Origin: Camelus ferus | Lineage: Eukaryota | DNA length: 64,000 nt | NCBI RefSeq assembly: GCF_009834535.1 | Contig: NC_045696.1 | Coordinates: 78,184,001 to 78,248,000 of the forward strand | Direction of reading: 5' to 3' | Part shown: in pieces, positions 52,482 to 64,000 of the stretch | How positions within the stretch are numbered: position 1 is the first letter of the stretch | How the letters are laid out: each line of letters starts with the position of its first letter | Notes under the pieces: model-generated | Database searches by the model: none | The model's input: only the letters and a program-made list of their open reading frames with translations | What the model was told of the DNA's origin: nothing | Translations under genes and position numbers: made by a program

Positions 52482-54459
52482 ACTAAAGCTATTTTTACAG
52501 AACAGCAATCAGACATCACTTGACAGCTTCACATCCCATGAGGTGTTTTATTCTGCTCTACCACGACTCTTCACAGGCTCCTTTCCGAGGCACAGAAGAG
52601 CTGTATGCTCTGGCCTCAACTTCCACTCCGATCCTTTCCCGTCTTCCCGCTTTCAGCAGCACGTCCCACATACTGCACATGCTCATCCCCTGCCTGGTTT
52701 GCCTTCAGGTTCCAACTCTTGAAGGTAGTTCATTTTTTCCAGTTATCTTTTATCTTTATAGCCTAGCACAGTGTCTGGAACCTTGCAGCTGCTCAACAAG
52801 TGATAGGTTCCAAAAAGGCACAGTATCTTGAAGAGAGTATAGAATTTCGAGTAAGATAAATACCATCTTACCAGCAATGTGTCTTACAGCAATTACTTCA
52901 ACTCTTTCAGCCTTTAAAATAGGATGCAATATCTAGTCTATGTTTCTCTAAGTGTTAATTGATAAATAAAATTAAAAAATTAGAGGCAGTTGATAAACTG
53001 TGAAACCCAATATAACTGCTACTGCTTTAAAATTCTAAACTATCAGGAATCAAGGGAGCTAGGCTTGAATTTTGAATCCATGATTACTAGCTATGACCCT
53101 TAGGGTAAATTACTTTTGTTTATATGTAAAATGATTTGTGTGTGTGAAAAGCCAATGAGAGAATTGATAAATGGACTATTTATCTTTATTATATAATAAA
53201 AGACTGTTCATGATGAATAAAAATTGACTAATACTAGTTAATCACTCTTAAGTCTATACCACACACAGCCACCTCAATTCCTGAATATTGCTGTTGGAAG
53301 GAAAAACCACAAATGAACTTGTACAACAAGTGCTTGAATTTCTCTTATCCCTGAACAGGACACAGGGCCTGGAATGAGAGTGTAACAGGAGACTTCTGGG
53401 GTGTGCATCAGATATCAAGATTGTACCCAGAAGGATGGGGACACAGGAGCCAGAGGAGGAAAAGAAGCAGCTTCTGTAGAGATGGCTTCTAGAAAATTCA
53501 TCCCAGAACTCACCAACTTCGAGTCCCTTAGATACAATATAAAGTTATTTACTTATACCTTTCACAACTGATGGCTGTCATGTGGGCATACCCAGAGTTA
53601 AAAATGAAATCAGGCCCTGTCTCTTAAGGGGAAAAATGTGAAGAGATCTATGGGAGAAAATTAATCAACTCCCTTCCTGCATTTAATATATTTTGAAAGG
53701 AATCTATCCAGAAAAATCCATTTAGCTATGCCCAGAACAATCAAGACTGACTGTGTGGAGATTGAAGTGCCTCAGTCCATCTGCTGATGATATTTATTGC
53801 TTTTTGGCACCTTCTACATATTTACCAAGCCTATGGAAAAGAAAGCTATGCTTCGTATTTCTAGGACAAAAACAGATGGTGCTCCAGCAGGTAATAATTT
53901 AATTAAATAGCTCCTAAAGCATGAACAAATTGTTCCAAAGAAAAGAAAATATTTCTATTTATTCTTTAAAAATAGAGAGGGGTAGGGAAAAAAAAATTAA
54001 GTTTGACTTTTAATCCAACAAAACCAGGGTTTTCTAAATTGCCTATTCTTAGAAACAAAGTGCTTCTCCCGCCCTGCCTTCTCCTAAACTGAAATCAAAA
54101 TTGTCACAAATAATATTGATGCTGTTCATCAAGTTCCAGTTTTTCGTTTCTAAGAAATAAGTTTGAGCTACAATGAAACACTTTTTGATAAAGTTGAAAT
54201 AGATATTCTTGGACTAATTTTTATGATATTTAAGTCAAGTTGCATAATGCACTTTGTGGACTGAACGGGATAGAAATAATGAACTACATACCTAAAATGC
54301 AGATTCTAATAATCAAAAACAAAGTCTTTCATTCCAGTTAAAGCCAAGAGGCCCTTTTAAAGCCCCTGTGATACACAGATTAGACGCCAGTATAGTAGAA
54401 ACAGTAGCAATGTTGCAGCATAACAAAGATCATTCACATGGGTTTAACAAAGAAACAGG

Positions 54460-54680
54460 TATGAATGCAAGTACTGCAACTTACCAACTATGTGACTTTA
54501 GGACAGGAAATTAATTTTTCAAAGATTCTGTTTCCTAACCTGTGTGTACATACATGTATACACATACACACACACACAGAATGATTACAGGGTCACTTAG
54601 AGACTTCAGTTGATAAATTTCAAGTACTTAGCACATTCTTAAGACAGAAAAAGCATTCTACAAATGGCTGCCAATCATCA
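54460..54680 (+). mobile_element. MIR SINE interrupted by a CA-rich tract
   Basis: cttaccaactatgtgactttaggac...ctgtttcctaacctgt...aagtacttagcaca. Confidence 0.55.
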
Positions 54681-55192
54681 CCACCTTTAAGATTTATTAA
54701 GCATTGTGAATATATGTACAGTATTGGAGCTATGAAAATAGAAACAAAAATATGTTAAGAAAATGCTTTAAGTAAATTACAATCTAACAGCAAAGATAAA
54801 ACTTACATATACACATTTAAAGCTTAATCAAGAAGTAAATTGTGGGGTCTAAAAGAATTCAGGAATGGTGAAATTAAGGAGGGTCTCGACAGGAACTACA
54901 GCTGTGTCTTGAAAAATGAATAGGACTTAATAACGAAGTCATGAAAGAAAGATGAGCTCACACAGGAAGTTGGGAATGAGTATCTGCATATAGGAGTCAA
55001 TGAAAGGACTCTCTTGATAAAAAGGTTCACAACAGAGGGCAGTACAAAATAAGTTTAGATTGATGCGACAGGAAAGGTCTACCTATGTAAAACGTGATCA
55101 TTGCAGGTTCTCCCAGGATAAAGATTCCATGAGAGTTGCATTTCACAAAAATTATATAGAACAAGGAAAGCTAGCATCAAGATCATTATTAC

Positions 55193-55311
55193 TCATGCTT
55201 AGCATACACAAGGTCCTGGGTTCAATCCCCAGTACCCCCACTAAAATAAGTAAACCAATAAACCTAATTACCTCCCCTCTAAAAAGCAAAACAAATAAAC
55301 TATTAAAAAAA
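55193..55311 (+). mobile_element. 5'-truncated camelid SINE with 8-bp target-site duplication
   Basis: catgcttagcatacacaaggtcctgggttcaatccccagtacc...cctaattacctcccc plus A-rich tail; ATTATTAC at 55185-55192 and 55312-55319. Confidence 0.85.
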
Positions 55312-56519
55312 ATTATTACAGTGCAGCAGGTTAACTACGTTACCCTAGAGAGATATACAGATAGATAACAGTAAAGATTGAAGGTATTTATACTAAACAA
55401 TGATGCCCTTTACCAAAGTTAGATTATTTAGAACTCAAAGTGTATATAATTGGCCTAATAATTGTTTGATAATTTAGCATTATACTGTTATATTTATAAT
55501 ATATTTAATACTTATTTATACTAAATTACTATATATTAATTTCATACAATAATTATTTAAAATTATAATATTTAAAATTTATATTATATGTATGTATGAA
55601 CTCTGCCTTGTGTTAAGTGATAATGATAACAGCAATGCATTCATATCTTCAACCATCCATCTGTTCCCAAACTTTTCACTGGCAAAACGGCTGGAAAGAA
55701 AGGAGGCTGTATATTGGTATTGCTCTCATAGCTGTGGACACTGCGGGAGGAGCTAAGGGATATGAACTATGTTCAAGGTCCTTCCGTTATCTTTAAATGT
55801 ATCATCTCATGAATGCTACAGAACTACTGATACCAACTGCAAACTAGCAGAGATTACTTTGAAAGCAAAATCCAACCTTGTATTTAGTTCTGAAAATTCC
55901 ACCACAAGGTTAAGTGAGAATCTTTGCTTTTTTTTTTTTAAAGCTCTAACGACAAAGTTTGCAGAGTTCCATATGTATAAGAGATTTATTATGCATCGGA
56001 CCAAGTCAAGTCTTGGTTTAAAAACTTGTGAACAGAATTTCCAAGGTGTTGAATCCCATTTCAATTTGTTCTTTTAACCTCGATAAGCAGTGATTCAAAT
56101 ACTTCAGCACGTAAAATGAGCTCCTAATTAAGAAAACATAATTTTTTCTATAACCAATAATACCTCAGAATTCAATGCCTTATCTACAGAAACCATATTA
56201 GGCAGCTGTAATTCTGCCTGGATAAGTTCATAGTATGACATACAAGCAAATGCTGCTAACCCTGGGAGAGTGCATACTTTGGGAAGATATATACTCTATC
56301 TTACTGATAAAGCAAACCTTCACCAACTAGCAAAATTAAGGTCAGAATTAAGGTAAATAAAGAAACCTGAAAACTGCTCTGATTAGCATAATTTTCAGTT
56401 TAAGAATCTGAGACCTTAAAGGAAAGATCAGGGTTAGATTAACTAAAATACTCACAGAAATAACCTTTTAACAGTGTATGTCTGAAATAGGTGAGACATT
56501 GCCTTCAGAGTAACAATTC

Positions 56520-56655
56520 TTTTTTTTTTTTTTTTTTTGGTGGGGGGAGGTGATTAGGTTTGTTTGTTTGTTTATTTAAATAGAGGCACTGGGGATTGAA
56601 CTCAGAACCTCACGCATGCTAAGCATGTACTCTACCACCGAGCTATACCCTCCCC
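56520..56655 (-). mobile_element. Full-length camelid SINE with poly(A) tail
   Basis: Reverse complement ggggagggtatagctcggtggtagagtacatgcttagcatgcgtgaggttctgagttcaatccccagtgcctc...cctaatcacctcccccc + poly(A); imperfect duplication AGAGTA(CA)ACAATT at 56507-56518 and 56659-56672. Confidence 0.9.
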
Positions 56656-57083
56656 ACTAGAGTACAACAATTATTATATTTACTAAAGATGAAATGTTAA
56701 GGACAGCAAGCTAAATTAAGAAAGTATCAAGGGTGTCCTACACAACGTAAGTTAATAATAGTTATTTTAAAGCTGGCTCTTTTGCATCCTTTGCTTCTTA
56801 AGGGATCCCTCCTCTAGAGTTTCAGAAAGAAGCCTGCATGTACCTTTTACTTTGTTTCAGAAAATATGGATGTAAATAGCAGCTTTCCCTGGCCTGTTCC
56901 TTGTTCCAAAGGTTCAAAACCATTCTTTGACTTAGAACTGACTTCAACATCCCACCTCCTTCTTTAGTCCCAGACATTTAGTTTAATCTGTACACTTATA
57001 CCTAAAAACGCTTCAGAAAATTTAAAAAATAATTAAGGTCCAGTGTATTTTTTTCTCAATATTGTCTCTCAAAATTTTATTGC

Positions 57084-58057
57084 CAAAAGAAACCAAAACA
57101 AAACACCGTCAAGAAAGTGAAAAGGCAACCCACAGAATAAGAGGAAATATTTACAAATCATATCTGATAAGGGACTCTACCTAGCATATATAAAGAACAC
57201 ATACAGCTCAATAAAAAGACAACTCAATTTAAAAAATGGACAAAGGATCTGAATAGACATCTCTCAAAAGAAGATATACAAATGGTAATAAGCACATGAA
57301 AAGATACTGAATGACATTAGGGAAATGCTAGTCAAAAATCACAATGAGAGAACACTTCTCACTCTTTAGGGTAGCTATGATCAAAAAGACATAGTAAGAA
57401 GAGCTGAGAATGTGGGGAAACAAATTCTGAAACATTGCTAGTGGGAATGTAAAATGGTGCAGCTGCTTTGGAAAGTAGCCTGGCATGTCCTCAAAGGGTT
57501 AAACATTATTACTGTATGATCTAGTAATTCCACTTCTAGGCATATACCTAAGGGAAATAAAAACACATTTACACAAAAATTTGTATACAACTGTTTCAGA
57601 GAAGTATTATTCACAATAACCACAAAGGGAAAACAAACCAAATATTCACTAAACAATAAAAAAAAGTATAGTATATCTATACAAAGAAATATTATTCAGC
57701 AATGAAAATGAATTAAGTATTGATACTACAACATGGATGAATCTTGAAACATAGTAAGTGAAAGAAGTCAGTCACAAAGATCACACATTATAAGTTTCTA
57801 CTTATATAAAAGGTCCAGAATAGGCAGGTCTGTAGAGACAGGAAGTAGATTAGTGACTGTATGATGTTGAAGCAGAGGCAGGGGGTGGAGCAACCATGTG
57901 ACTAAATGAATGGGAGATTTTTGTAATAAAAATGTTCTAAAATTGATTTGATTATGGTGATAGTTGTACAACTCTGAATATATTAAAGACCATTAAATTG
58001 TACACCATATAGGTAGATTTTATGGTATGTGATATATATCTTATTGAAAATTTTTAA
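57084..58057 (+). mobile_element. 5'-truncated L1 (L1MB-like): ORF2 C-terminus plus 3' UTR
   Basis: aagaaagtgaaaaggcaacccacagaa (KVKRQPTE), gtgggaatgtaaaatggtgcagctgctttggaaa, acatggatgaatcttgaaac; probable duplication AAAA(T/G)TTTATTGC at 57071-57083 and 58058-58070. Confidence 0.9.
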
Positions 58058-58380
58058 AAAAGTTTATTGCAACTCCTATTACTCTTGCTCTGCTTTTTGC
58101 TACAACTTCCTTCCCTAAATCCCAGCCAAAATTCCTTCATTTTATAACTGTTTCCAGTAACACTGCAGGTAGTTTATATAAGTTAGAGGGAAAGAGTTGC
58201 CAAAAAGGTATACAGAAGTAAACCTATATATTCCAGACTTACAGCAGGGAAACTTTCTGGTGGGAAACTGTTATGCCTTCAAGACTTTGCTGTCCATTGA
58301 TAAGATTAATGACTCCCCCTTTCCTATCCATATACTCGTATTTGCTCATAGAAAAAAGGAACATGCTTACCACATTGTTT

Positions 58381-58968
58381 TTTTGGTTTGTTTTATTGAA
58401 CTACAATTTATTTACAGTATTGTATTTCAAGTATACAGCAAAGTGATTCATTATATATAAGTGTATATATGTGTATACATATATATTCTTTTTCAGATAT
58501 ATAGACACACATATTCTTTTTCAGATTATTTTCCATTATATGCTATTAAAAAATACTGAAAATAATTCTCTGTGATACACAGTAAATCCTTGTTGTTTAT
58601 CTATTTTATGTAGTAGTGTGTATCTGTTAATTCCATACTCCTAATTTATCCCTCCCTCTGCCACCCCCCACTTATCCCTTGGTAACCATAAGTTTGTTTT
58701 CTATGTCTGTGAGTCTGTTTCTGTTTTGTAAATAAGTTCATTTGTATTATTTTTTAGACTCCATTTATAAATATCATGTAATATTTGTCTTCCTCTGTCT
58801 GACTTATTTCACTTAGTATGATAATCTCTAGGTCCACCCATGTTGCTGCAAATGACAGTATTTCATTCTACTGTATATATTTCACTAAATATATATGTAT
58901 ATACCACATCTTCTTTATCCATTCATCTATTGATGGACACTTAGGTTGCTTCCATGTCTTGCCTATTG
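58381..58968 (-). mobile_element. L1 3' end (younger, artiodactyl-type), internally deleted
   Basis: ORF 58868-59065 contains KTWKQPKCPSIDEWIKKMWYI (L1 ORF2 C-terminus); 3' UTR motif ggtaaccataagtttgttttctatgtctgtgagtctg; poly(T) at the left; similar flanks cacattgttt / cacactggtt. Confidence 0.9.
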
Positions 58969-60531
58969 GACACACTGGTTTTTTTATTTTTTGTTTTGAA
59001 AAGTTAAGTCTCATATAGGATGATGTAATCAGAAGCAGTTTAAAAAAAAAAAAAAAAAGGAGCAAATGCCTTAGTAAATATTCATGTGCCAGAGAGCAAG
59101 ATGGTTAAAATTACATTTATAATATTACTAAATCACACTGTCCTTATCCATATGCTTAATAATGCTATTAGAAAGGTAAATATGTGGAAATCTCAAACTC
59201 ACTACATTTTTAGTATTTTTAAATGCTGCCTTAACAGCTTTAGGAATAAGGATCAAAGTTACAAATACTTCCCTGCATGTGATTTTCTTTGACTTAACCA
59301 TACAAACTTTAAAGCACATCTCTTTTATTTTTTGGGTAAGTTTGAGCGCTGGCTAACATGCTGGAAAACCTGCGGGGCGCTGCAGATGTTTTGTCTAAGT
59401 GCACTGCATACGTTATTGTTGTTTTCCTTTCTGCTTTGCTTTTCCTTTCAGACACCAGGACATTAAACAAAACCACACTAAAGGTCACTTGAATGTAGAA
59501 ACAGCTGTATTTCCAATATTCTCTCCAACCGTTTTACAAGATTTTTATTTCCAAATATTTAAAGCTCAAAATGTGAAATAAACTGTGAAATGCTTTTTTA
59601 ATTTCTTAAATGCTTCAAATAGTTTAGGCAAGTCTCCTCACTTGAAAAAAACACTGAAGACCCAGTGTTAGTAAAATCTATTAAACTTTACAACACATTT
59701 GCCATTTGAAAACATTTTTTTTTCTTCCAAACACAGCTTAATTAACCTTTCATTTACCTTTCATTCATTATCAACTGAGAGTCATTAAGACAGTCTTAAG
59801 TCAACGTACTTTACCATCATATGTTCTTATGTACTGTTACATAATACCATATACCGATTATCATGGCACTTTAATAGATGCTGAATAATTACACATTTGC
59901 ACACACGTATCCCTTATGCTATACACCTACACTTGAACAATATCTTTGAAAATAAACAGTACTTCTAAAGCATTTGCATCTGAGACACTGACTAAATGCA
60001 TCATAGATTCAAAACTAAATATTGTATTAAATATGTGTCAATTTTTCCCTACTTATGTCTTGATATGAGACTGTGTTCCAATTAATATCAGACCTTCTAA
60101 AAGACAGAATTATCACATTTAGACATCAAAACACATTGAGTCTAAAGTTATTTTAGTGTTTGACTTTCAGAAAGATGAGGTAAATAACAAGCCAAGATAC
60201 GCCTGATATTTATTCATGGCATATTAGAGAATTTTTTTTGTCATTCATCTAGTTCCCTGTCCCATTTGCCAGTCATCCAGATTTACCCAGTGCTCTGTCC
60301 CTTTTGTTTTCCTCAGTCCTTAAGCTACTTCTAGCCATAATTAGTCTATACTACACACTGCTATCAGTTATCTTTTAAAATTAAGCATATTTTGTTTTGT
60401 TTCTGTCCTTCTTAAGAACCTTCTTTAAATACCAATTCTCGGAATAAAGTAAAACAAAAATATTTTTAGCATGAAATACAAGATTTGGCATAAGCCATCC
60501 CAGTCCACCTTTCATGTCTCATCCAATCTTC

Positions 60532-60937
60532 TGTTAGGACGTCGATGGTCTGTAAACTGTCCCTGTATATACACAGAGGGCAAGGAGAGACTACAGAAAG
60601 GCAGAGCACTCCAGATGGGTAGGCTGCAGCCTTAATAAGTAAGGCTTATCATGAGGCTTGTCTTGGGAGGGCACAAGATGAGTATATCTCCATATCCACC
60701 CTCTAAAATCTTGGAAGTTTATTTAGAGGCCTTAACTGGGTTCAGAGACATATCTTATCCAGATGGTCTCAACACTTCATTCTCTCAAGGCTGTGTCCCT
60801 GACAATGATCTTCACTGTGGGAATAGTGGGTGGAACATACCTTCCAAGGGAGGGGAGGGGATGAGGAGCCTCTGATTGCCAGGGTCCAGCTCATGGGTCA
60901 ACCAGCAGTCCAATCCTCTCAAGGATCTCCTCCAACA
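60532..60937 (-). mobile_element. ERV solo LTR (about 405 bp)
   Basis: TGTTAGGA...TCCTCCAACA termini and a GC-richer block than the flanks; no clear target-site duplication, and the family was not identified. Confidence 0.6.
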
Positions 60938-61659
60938 AACATTTTAATTACACTTAATGAACACTTGTGTGTCCATTACCCAGCTAAGAAGTCTACGTTA
61001 TTTTATCTATTCTGAGATGTTTACTTTTTCCTCCACATCTTAATATTTCCAAATTCATAGTCTTTACAACCACGCTAGTTCAAGTGGCATTTATGACCTA
61101 TTTTTACCTGTTTGTGCATATGCTAACTGGCTATTATTCTAGATGAGACAACCATAGTCCTTTTCAAATTATTGAGACATTAAAGGGTCATTTTCGGGGG
61201 GGGAAAAAACCCCAAAACAAAAATTAGGACTCTGGTCATTGTTGAAAGCCTTCCATTGATACCTTTTGGTAAGTTCAGGAAAATGTCAACATGAAAAGTT
61301 GCAGAATGAGTGTCACGGGCTTGGAAGAAAGTTCCAGAGACAGTAATGGATCGTTCTTTTAATGAATACTGTATCACTGTCTCTTAATAGCACAGAGGTA
61401 TTGTTGCATAGAGAAACACAGCCATTAACTACTCTGAGTCAAGAATAGATTTGAGTAAGTCATTCTCTGACTGCAAAATGTTTTAGAAAAGGCTTTATAG
61501 TTTATAGTTTCCTTTTTATGAATGATATAAAATGTTTAAAGAATGATAAAAAGATTTATGTAAAGAAACCTAAAAGTTCTTTAAGTATAAAAATTCTAAA
61601 TTTTTTCCTTCTGAGACATACATAAAATAATAGTACACCCTACAATGATTCAATAAGAT

Positions 61660-61840
61660 GAACGGCTTGACAGCTTCACCAATGATGTTTTGGGTAAGTT
61701 GCTTCACCACTCTGAATTTTAATTTCCTCATCTGAAAATTGGTGATAATAATGGAACCCAGCTCATACAGTGTTTGCGAGGATTGAAGGATATAAAACAG
61801 TCCTTGATATAAAATAAGTACTCAATAATGTTAGCTACTC
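61660..61840 (+). mobile_element. MIR SINE
   Basis: ttgggtaagttgcttcaccactctgaattttaatttcctcatctgaaaattggtgataataat...ctcatacagtgtttgcgaggattgaa. Confidence 0.8.
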
Positions 61841-61971
61841 ATCTTATCCATTGTTTTATACAGAGTTGCTTATGTCTAACACCTACTCCATTCCTCCAAT
61901 AAAGACTTCTGTCTTCTCATACTTCCTTTCTTCCTTCTCCCCTTTCCCATCCTTCTCCTCCTCCATTTCCT

Positions 61972-62320
61972 CCTTTTTTTTTCCCTTCTATTATGGAGAA
62001 TATATAACATACACGGAAGCAGAAAAAGAATTATATATCAGCCACCAACCTCTGGTAACCATCACCCAGCTCCACTGACTAGCAACTGAACTACATTCAT
62101 ATTCCCATCAATTCTCACTCTTATTACTTTGGAAAAAAATGAAAAATAACCTAAAACCAAAAAACTCAGACATAATTTATGTGTAATTATTTTAGTACAT
62201 ATTTCTAAATAAGGGTCATTTTTTAAACATAACAATGATACCATTATCTACCTAAAATAACTAACATTAATTCTCTAATATTACCAAGTATCTAGGGAGT
62301 GTTTAAATCACAGATGGTTT
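61972..62320 (-). mobile_element. Old L1 (L1MC-like) 3' end
   Basis: ttattatggagaa-like start, ccatcacccagctcca, ttttaaacataacaatgataccattatc; preceded by a CT-rich low-complexity tract. Confidence 0.7.
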
Positions 62321-62749
62321 TAAGAAATTATATGTGATTGTACTCCAGCTGAAAGGCTGGAGAGTCAATGTATTTACTTCACCAAAACATTTTCAGTAAC
62401 AAAGACTGAGATTATTGAGTAGAAAGAGAAAATAATAACAGCGTTACCCAGAATGCCAGAATTTTCTAACTTTAATGGACAGTAATGGATAGGATTTAAT
62501 AGATTCTGAAAAATCTGGCTTTGGGAGTATTTTTGTTAAATAAAGAAAATTTGGCCTAAAATATCTTACGTATCACCATATTTGCTCTTGTATTTTAATA
62601 GCTTTGATTAGCATGTTAGAATGTTGTAACTTTGAAAGATGTTAGTCAAAAGTTAAACACAATTTAGCATTTATTCTAAAAATAACTGGCTACATCTATT
62701 TCATCTTGGTTTTTGCTGTACTTTCTATAAATATAATTTTTGGTAAAAT

Positions 62750-63070
62750 TAATTCATTAACTTAATAAATGGTTATTGAACATCTACAATGTGCTGCCAA
62801 ATATGTGTCAAGACATAGGAGACAGAGCAATGAAAAGAACAGCAGAAATCTCTGCTCTTGTGGAACATCTTGTGGGATAAGAAAAATAAAATGAAAATTT
62901 TAGTGTATGTTATATATAGTTAAAATATATAATATAAACATATATAATATGTGAGATGGTGCATAAAGGGGAAAAAACCCTGAAAGAGATAGGAAGTGGG
63001 GCTGCACCTGGGGGAAGGGGGACGGCTTACAGTTTTAAATAGGTGGTCAAAGAAGTCTTAACTGAGGTTT
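62750..63070 (-). mobile_element. L2 3' end
   Basis: ttattgaacatctacaatgtgc...acagagcaatgaaaagaacag...ctctgctcttgtggaac...ttttaaataggtggtcaaagaagtct. Confidence 0.75.
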
Positions 63071-64000
63071 TCCTCTTATAAATATCATTCCTTCCAATCA
63101 CTGTCTTACATGAGGAAGAGGTCTACTAATAATGAGTACTCAGTTGCACGTAACCACTGGTTTCCATTCAATTCTCCCCTTGAGTAGCAGTGACTATAAA
63201 CTGAAATTTAGCTGTAGGTCAAGCAAGCCATCTAGGATTTATCTGAAATAAAACTGCAGAACTGACTTCAAGAATATCCTTCACAATGCTTCAGAATAAA
63301 TAAAAATATAATTCATGCCACTAACAAGGTTAAAAAAATAGCACCAGAACATATTCACTTCAACTCCGACAAGCAAGTGTACTGGGACAGAGAACCAAGG
63401 GAGAAGCCTCTGGTCTGATGCCGCAGGTAACTGTGGTAGCCCTTCTTTAGAGCTAGTCAATCACACTGTCTGTACGCCTACCTTCAACGTGACTTAAGAC
63501 TGATGATCTACAAGAGAACTACAGAGCTGCTCAGTATTCCCATGACTGATCTCAAAGCTGTAGGATCACCACTCTTGCAATCACGTCTTTGCTACAGAAC
63601 CAAATCACCCCTTTTTAAGGCAGTTCTAATAACAAACACGATAAAAATTGATCCTGTTTAACTATTTCAAATATAAAACAAAACTGATTTTTGCTGTAGG
63701 AAAAAAATTACAGACCCAGTAATGTCTCATTAATAACTGAGGACTGAAGGCATTTTGCTATTAAATTTATAAGTTTGACCTCAAAAATCTTAAACAATAT
63801 TAAAAAAAAAATCACTGTGTGCCAAGGAAACTGTCAAAAGGTCAGCCGTCTCAACACAGCTGATAGGAGTATGAATGAGCACACTTGTGGAAAACAATTT
63901 AAGAAAATGTATCAAAGGTCTTAAAATGTCTATCTATAACCAACTGTTTACAATTTAGTCCAAGGAATTAAAAGACAATGGAATAAAATTGTCATTGCAA

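Larger units (their letters stand above)
40808..64000 (-). other. NAALADL2: Part of the NAALADL2 intron upstream of the exon
   Basis: Ends in a polypyrimidine tract plus CAG at 40808. No sequence for the first ~14 codons (MGENEASLPNTSLQ in human) was recognised in the window. Confidence 0.85.

Noticed and set aside
56585..56655. tRNA gene (also at 9.3, 36.8 and 55.2 kb)
   Set aside because: The tRNA-like head is followed by a SINE body and A-tail, with target-site duplications at two of the copies; these are SINEs.
1..64000. The many short ORFs other than 40302-40799
   Set aside because: 60-130 codons, often with non-ATG starts, low-complexity or repeat-derived, with no recognisable protein similarity apart from L1 relics. 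This is the expected noise in intronic DNA.

Overview
AT-rich, repeat-dense mammalian genomic DNA, most likely from a camelid: it carries four copies of a tRNA-derived SINE of the camelid Vic-1 type. The window lies inside the giant NAALADL2 gene on the minus strand. It contains one coding exon (40306-40807, 502 nt, equivalent to human coding exon 2) encoding the cytoplasmic tail, the type II transmembrane helix and the start of the ectodomain. The rest is intron, filled with L1, L2, CR1/L3, MIR, LTR (ERV1, ERVL, MaLR) and DNA-transposon relics plus microsatellites. All other ORFs in the track look spurious or repeat-derived. I found no prokaryotic-type system, CRISPR array or RNA gene. Most interesting observations: (1) the exon begins with a recursive-splice-type CAG|GTAAGA junction, followed at once by a strong-Kozak in-frame ATG; (2) the cytoplasmic tail has a kinesin-light-chain-type W-acidic motif (LDLEWD) and other sorting motifs; (3) a MER41-like solo LTR keeps a GAS/NF-kB/octamer cluster; (4) inverted camelid SINEs flank the exon. 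Repeat family names and boundaries were recognised by eye and are approximate.
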